A stretch of 64,000 bases of DNA from Oscillospiraceae bacterium (GTDB taxonomy: Bacteria > Bacillota > Clostridia > Oscillospirales > Oscillospiraceae), in assembly GCA_015068125.1 (NCBI GenBank), contig SVLD01000002.1, forward strand, positions 24,533-88,532, written 5' to 3'. This document shows positions 59,099 through 64,000 of the stretch, piece by piece. The position numbers and the translations under genes were made by a program. Under the pieces are notes generated by a model. It saw only the letters and a list, made by a program, of their open reading frames with translations, was not told the DNA's origin and made no database searches. Position 1 is the first letter of the stretch. Every line of letters starts with the position of its first letter.

Positions 59099-62000
59099 TT
59101 ATTCCACAATGCCTAAGTATTCTTCCATCTGGTTCAGATCCAGCCGCAGCAGCTTACTGATGCCCTGCTCCTGCATGGTCACGCCGTAAAGCACATCAGA
59201 GGCTTCCATAGTGCCTCTTCTGTGGGTGATGACGATAAACTGGGTCTTCTGGCTGAGGTTGCGCAGATAGCTTGCAAACCGTTCGACATTCCGATCATCC
59301 AGCGCCGCGTCGATCTCATCAAGCATGCAGAACGGCGTGGGGCGAACCTTCAAAATAGCGAAATATAGCGCGATGGCCACGAAAGCTTTTTCACCGCCGG
59401 AGAGCAGTGTGATGGTCTTCAGCTGCTTTCCGGGGGGCTGCACCCGAATTTCAATGCCGCAGGTCAGCGGGTTCTCCGGATCCTCCAGCACCAGGGCGCC
59501 CTTACCGCCGCCGAACATTTCCTCAAAGGTCTGGCCGAAATACTGGTCGATCTTGCGGAATTCCTCCACGAAGATCACGGTCATTTCCTTGGTGATATCC
59601 CGGATGATGTTCTCCAAATCCTTCTTGGCGTGGAGCACATCGTCCCGCTGCTCAGAGAGGTAGCTGTATCGCTCGTTGACACGGGCATATTCCTCAATAG
59701 CGCCCAGGTTGGGTGTGCCCAAAGCGGAAATCTTACGCTTCAGCTCACCGATGCGGCGGTTGCCGGCGGTGATGGATTCGATCTCACCGCGGTGCTCCAC
59801 AGCGGTGCTGGGCGTCAGATCATAGGACTCCCACAGCTTATCGATGATCTGCTTCTCTTCCATGGAAGAAGTGATTTTCTTCTGCTCCAGCAGAGCGCAG
59901 GCTCGCTCCATGTTGAGGATGTCCTTGCTCTTTTCCTGGGCATCCCGCTCGCAACGGGTCTTGGATGCCTCGGTTTCCGCCCGCTGGGCAATCACCTGCT
60001 CCATAGACTTTCGGCAGACATTGGCATCGGCAGTATTTTCTGTCTGCCGCTGCATCAGTGCCTGGATCTCCGCACCCAGCCGGGCATTATCGGCAACGAA
60101 GGCGTCAATCAGTGCCAGCTTGCGCTCCTTGTCGCCCTCCATGGCGCTTCTCAGATTGTTCAGATCCGCAATGTGCGCCTGTGCGGTGTTGCGCTCGGCA
60201 TCCAGAGCTGCCGCCTCCGTCTTGCAGGCGGTCATCTCGTCAGTAATCACTGCGGTAGCTTCGGATGCTTCAGTCTGGCTGCCCTCCAGCAGCGCAAGCT
60301 GCTGCCGGGTCTGGGTCAGCTGAGCGGTAAAGATCTGAATCTTGGTCTGGCCGGCTGCCAAACGCTCCCGATCCATGGCATCCCGCTGCTCCAGAGCTTC
60401 CAGTTCCTTCCGGGCGGCAGACTCCGCATCCACGATGGCCTGGAGCAGAATTTCATGCTGCTTTTCCTGACCTTGGAGCCGCAGAACCTGATCCTCTGCC
60501 TCACGGAGCTGATCCCGGGCAGTATTCAGCTGGAATTCCACCTGGTCATAAAGCCGCTGGGCTTCCTGCAGTTCGGACTCGGCAGCCAACTTTTCAGTCT
60601 GAAGCTGCTTTTCCTGCTGGGTCAGCTTTTCCAGCTCGTTGGCACGGGACAAAATGCCTGCATCTTTATTCACGCTGCCGCCGGTCATGGAACCGCCGGC
60701 ATTCATCACCTGGCCGTCCAGCGTGACGATCTTAAAGCGGTTATGGTACTTATTTGCCATAGCGATGGCGGCATCCAGATCCTGGACAATAACGGTACGA
60801 CCCAGCAGATTCTCCACCACATCCCGATAGGTATCCTTGCTGGTAACCAGGTCGGAGGCGATACCGATAAAGCCACGGCAAGATTCCATGCCGGTTTCCG
60901 TCAGCCGGCGAGCCTGAATAGTGGTCAAAGGCAGGAATGTAGCACGGCCGCTTCCGGTACGCTTTAGGTAGGAAATGGCGGCCTTACCGTCCTGTTCACT
61001 CCCCACAACGACCTGCTGCATGGCGGCGCCCAGGGCGATCTCGATGGCGATGGCATAGTCATCTTCCGTGCGAATCAGGCGAGAAACCGGGCCGTGGACA
61101 TTCCGCAGGGCGCCACGCTCGGCCTCCTGCATCACCAAGCGGACAGATTTCTGATAGCTTTCGTAATCCCGCTCCATAGCCCGGTACACCCGGAGCTTGG
61201 CGGTAACAGCGTCCAGCTTGGTATTCAGCTCACGGCACTGCTGATCCAAAGTATCTCTGCGCTTGATCCGGGTCTCCTGCCGCATGGCATAGCCGGAAAT
61301 GGTATTGTTGGAGGCGGTAACCTCATCCTGCGCCTGATTCAGTTCTCTTCGGCAGGCATTCAGATTCTCCTGGGCCTGATTGCGGCGCTCATTGCCGGCA
61401 GTCAGGTCCTCCCGGAGCTGAGATACACGATCCTCGGTATGGGTTCTGCTCTCCTGCAGGCCACGGACATCTGCCTCCTGGGCAGCAATATCCGAAGCCA
61501 GGCGGGTCTCCTGGCTGCGAAGCTCCAAAAACTGCTTCGTCATGCCCTGAGCGCTGGCTGCCATAGCGGACAGCTTTTGCTGTAAAGCATCGATCTGGGT
61601 CTGCTTTTCTTTCAGCTCCCCTTCAATGCTGACGATACGCTCCTGTGCCTGCTGGATCTGGACATCGATGCCGCCGCTGCGGTCAGCAGTGCCCTGGAGC
61701 TCTTCCCGAATCCGGGCGATGTTGGCATCGTTATTCTCCATATTACCACGAAGCACGGCCATCTGGCCTTCCAGCTGCTGATGGTTGGCTTCCAGCATAT
61801 TGACTTTCAAACGGACGGTTTCCAGATCGCCGTCCTTTTGCCGCAGGGCGATGCCGTATTCCTCGGACTGGCGGTACAGCCGATCCAGGTCGTCATGGGC
61901 CTGCTGCAGCACGAAGGACGCGGACTTATAGTCCTCCTCTGCCTTCTTGGCGGCGGCGGAGAGCTTATCCAGAGTGTCCAGCCACACAGCCACTTCCACA

Positions 62001-62671
62001 CCGCGAAGCTCGTCCTTCAGTTCCAGATACTTTTTGGCCTTTTCGGACTGCGCTTTCAAGGGTTCCAGCTGCAGCTCCAGTTCGGAAACCTTATCATTGA
62101 TACGCAGCAGGTTATCCTCCGTATGCGCCAGCTTCCGCTCGGTTTCTTCCTTGCGGTGGCGATACTTGGAGATACCGGCGGCTTCCTCGAAGATCTCACG
62201 GCGGTCGGCGCTCTTCAGAGACAGGATCTCATCGATACGGCCCTGGCCGATGTTGGAGTAGCCCTCCCTGCCAAGGCCCGTATCCATAAACATCTCATGA
62301 ATATCCCGCAGACGGGCAGACTGGCGGTTGATATAGTATTCGCTGTCACCGCTGCGGTAATACCGACGGGTGACCATGACCTCATCGGCATCATACTGTA
62401 GCGCCCGATCGGAATTGTCCAATGTCAGGGTAGCTTCCGCAAAGCCCACAGCGCTGCGCCTCTGTGTGCCGCCGAAGATCACATCCTCCATCTTGGCGCC
62501 GCGGAGGGTTTTGCTGCTCTGCTCACCCATGACCCAGAGGATCGCATCGGAAATATTCGATTTACCGGAGCCGTTGGGGCCCACAATGGCGGTGATGTCA
62601 TCACCGAACCGGATCAGTGTTTTATCCGGGAAGGACTTAAAGCCCTGTACTTCCAAAGATTTCAGATACAC
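59099..62671 (-). CDS. smc: Chromosome segregation protein SMC
   Basis: GFKSF, GPNGSGKSN, hinge, LSGGEK and LDEIDAALD. Confidence 0.98.
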   Translation of the reverse strand: MYLKSLEVQGFKSFPDKTLIRFGDDITAIVGPNGSGKSNISDAILWVMGEQSSKTLRGAKMEDVIFGGTQRRSAVGFAEATLTLDNSDRALQYDADEVMVTRRYYRSGDSEYYINRQSARLRDIHEMFMDTGLGREGYSNIGQGRIDEILSLKSADRREIFEEAAGISKYRHRKEETERKLAHTEDNLLRINDKVSELELQLEPLKAQSEKAKKYLELKDELRGVEVAVWLDTLDKLSAAAKKAEEDYKSASFVLQQAHDDLDRLYRQSEEYGIALRQKDGDLETVRLKVNMLEANHQQLEGQMAVLRGNMENNDANIARIREELQGTADRSGGIDVQIQQAQERIVSIEGELKEKQTQIDALQQKLSAMAASAQGMTKQFLELRSQETRLASDIAAQEADVRGLQESRTHTEDRVSQLREDLTAGNERRNQAQENLNACRRELNQAQDEVTASNNTISGYAMRQETRIKRRDTLDQQCRELNTKLDAVTAKLRVYRAMERDYESYQKSVRLVMQEAERGALRNVHGPVSRLIRTEDDYAIAIEIALGAAMQQVVVGSEQDGKAAISYLKRTGSGRATFLPLTTIQARRLTETGMESCRGFIGIASDLVTSKDTYRDVVENLLGRTVIVQDLDAAIAMANKYHNRFKIVTLDGQVMNAGGSMTGGSVNKDAGILSRANELEKLTQQEKQLQTEKLAAESELQEAQRLYDQVEFQLNTARDQLREAEDQVLRLQGQEKQHEILLQAIVDAESAARKELEALEQRDAMDRERLAAGQTKIQIFTAQLTQTRQQLALLEGSQTEASEATAVITDEMTACKTEAAALDAERNTAQAHIADLNNLRSAMEGDKERKLALIDAFVADNARLGAEIQALMQRQTENTADANVCRKSMEQVIAQRAETEASKTRCERDAQEKSKDILNMERACALLEQKKITSSMEEKQIIDKLWESYDLTPSTAVEHRGEIESITAGNRRIGELKRKISALGTPNLGAIEEYARVNERYSYLSEQRDDVLHAKKDLENIIRDITKEMTVIFVEEFRKIDQYFGQTFEEMFGGGKGALVLEDPENPLTCGIEIRVQPPGKQLKTITLLSGGEKAFVAIALYFAILKVRPTPFCMLDEIDAALDDRNVERFASYLRNLSQKTQFIVITHRRGTMEASDVLYGVTMQEQGISKLLRLDLNQMEEYLGIVE

Positions 62672-62801
62672 GGTAAAACCTCGTCAAAAAATGTAAAACT
62701 AATCAATTTATTATATCCGCAAACAGCAAAAAAAGCAAGGTTTTCTTTTGGAAAATCTCAGCTTTTCGCGGCCTTGGCTTCTTCTGTAAAAGAGCATGAC
62801 A

Positions 62802-62831
62802 AAGCGCGGCAGGTATGCACCTGCCGCGCTT
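62802..62831 (-). terminator. Hairpin after the GT2 gene
   Basis: AAGCGCGGCAGGT-ATGC-ACCTGCCGCGCTT. Confidence 0.7.
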
Positions 62832-62837
62832 GCGGTA

Positions 62838-63998
62838 TCAGTCATCTTTCAGGGAAAAATCCTCGCGTTCCAGCGACAAATTGGGGTTATAGTAGGGGTC
62901 GCCTGCGGCGAGCTCTTTGTGCCAGCGATCCATAAAGCGCTCCACCTCGCCCTGGAAGCGGCGCTGCTTTTCGATGGTATCTTCCAGACCACGGCTCTTG
63001 GACTCATAGTGGTAGAGCTCTGCATAGGGTGTCCAGACCACCAGATAACCGGCCTTGCGAATACGCATACACATATCCACATCGTTGAACGCCACTTTAA
63101 AGCTCTCATCCAGGCCGTTAATGGCAGTCCAGATTTCCCGGCGGATCAGCACACAAGCAGCTGTTACGCAAGAATAGTTCTGGGCAATGGTCATACGGCT
63201 GACATATCCGTAACTCTTCCGGGGGAAGCACTTGTGGGCATGGCCGGCAACGCCGCCGATGCCCAGAATCACACCGGCGTGCTGCACCGTGTCATCGGGG
63301 TAATACAGCATGGCGCCAACAGCGCCCACGTCCTTACGCTGGGCAAACATCAGCATCTGCTCCAGCCAGTCCGGTGTCAGAACTTCCACATCGTTATTCA
63401 GAAGCAGCAGGTAGTCGCCCTGGGCGCTTTGTGCGCCGAAATTGTTGATGGCTGAGTAGTTAAACTCCCCTGCCCAGGTCACCACATGGATCCGCTGATC
63501 CTTTTGGATCTCGTCATAGTAAGCAAAAGTACGGTTTTCGGTACTGTTGTTTTCAATGATGATGATCTCCCAATTCTGGTAGGTAGAAACCGACACGATG
63601 GAATCGATGCACTTTTTCAGATCGTCGATATGATCCTTATTGGGGATCAGAATGGAAATCAGGGGCTCTCCTTCGATTTCATAGCGGATACGATAAGTGG
63701 AAGGAATCGTGGAATCCAGCACTTCACCCTTCAGTCCTACCCGTTCCAGATGTTCTGTCAGGGCTTTTTTCGCCGCAATCATGGTGTAGGGCTTCGCAGA
63801 AATATCCGAAGCCACGGAATTTGCGTGGCTGCGCCAGTAATACAGGATCTTTGGAATATGCACCACATTCTTCGCCTGCTCTGTCAGCCGCAGGATCAGG
63901 TCATAATCCTGGCTGCCGTCGAATTCCGAACGGAAACCGCCGCCGGCCTTTTCCAGAAGCTCCCTGGAGAAAGCGGTGAAATGGCAGATGTAGTTGTA
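62838..63998 (-). CDS. Glycosyltransferase family 2, double-domain type (3' part, starts beyond the window)
   Basis: GSQDYDL, ILYYWR, ISILIPNKD, LLNND, VTAAC, FNDVD, HYESKSRG and DPYYNPN. Reading frame stays open to the window edge. Confidence 0.9.
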   Translation of the reverse strand, partial: YNYICHFTAFSRELLEKAGGGFRSEFDGSQDYDLILRLTEQAKNVVHIPKILYYWRSHANSVASDISAKPYTMIAAKKALTEHLERVGLKGEVLDSTIPSTYRIRYEIEGEPLISILIPNKDHIDDLKKCIDSIVSVSTYQNWEIIIIENNSTENRTFAYYDEIQKDQRIHVVTWAGEFNYSAINNFGAQSAQGDYLLLLNNDVEVLTPDWLEQMLMFAQRKDVGAVGAMLYYPDDTVQHAGVILGIGGVAGHAHKCFPRKSYGYVSRMTIAQNYSCVTAACVLIRREIWTAINGLDESFKVAFNDVDMCMRIRKAGYLVVWTPYAELYHYESKSRGLEDTIEKQRRFQGEVERFMDRWHKELAAGDPYYNPNLSLEREDFSLKDD

Positions 63999-64000
63999 GC

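Overview
Core-chromosome segment of a spore-forming, moderately GC-rich Firmicute (Clostridia; gene style suggests Oscillospiraceae/Ruminococcaceae, which is my inference). Left to right: a cytoplasmic glycosidase locus (partial GH16, GH3, clan GH-A) with AraC and an AraM-type glycerol-1-phosphate dehydrogenase; PadR-DUF1700-DUF4097; CDF and TetR; a six-gene Ami/Opp-type peptide ABC operon; a lipoprotein plus ABC-2 exporter; a short AT-rich four-helix-bundle/GNAT cassette below a five-tRNA operon (Val-Asp-Phe-Gly-Cys); hslO; the dcw cluster (mraZ to ftsZ); a stand-alone clpC; ferredoxin, rsmI, abrB, spmAB; a BlaI/BlaR1-like pair; efp, rpsU, leuS, rsfS, nadD-yqeK, yhbY, rdgB, ftsY, smc; and a partial GT2. 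I saw no CRISPR array, integrase, transposase or reverse transcriptase. The best candidate for an undescribed system is the Opp operon, where four components look remodelled: an apparently circularly permuted binding protein, an OppD with a ~240-aa charged helical insertion, an OppF with a C-terminal two-helix membrane tail, and a terminal ApbE-like protein that has lost its flavin-transferase signatures. Runners-up are a BlaR1-type M56 protease whose sensor is about 11 YD repeats, the heptamer-flanked four-helix-bundle cassette, and a LeuRS with KMGKR in place of KMSKS. All family calls come from motif recognition by eye; no searches were run.
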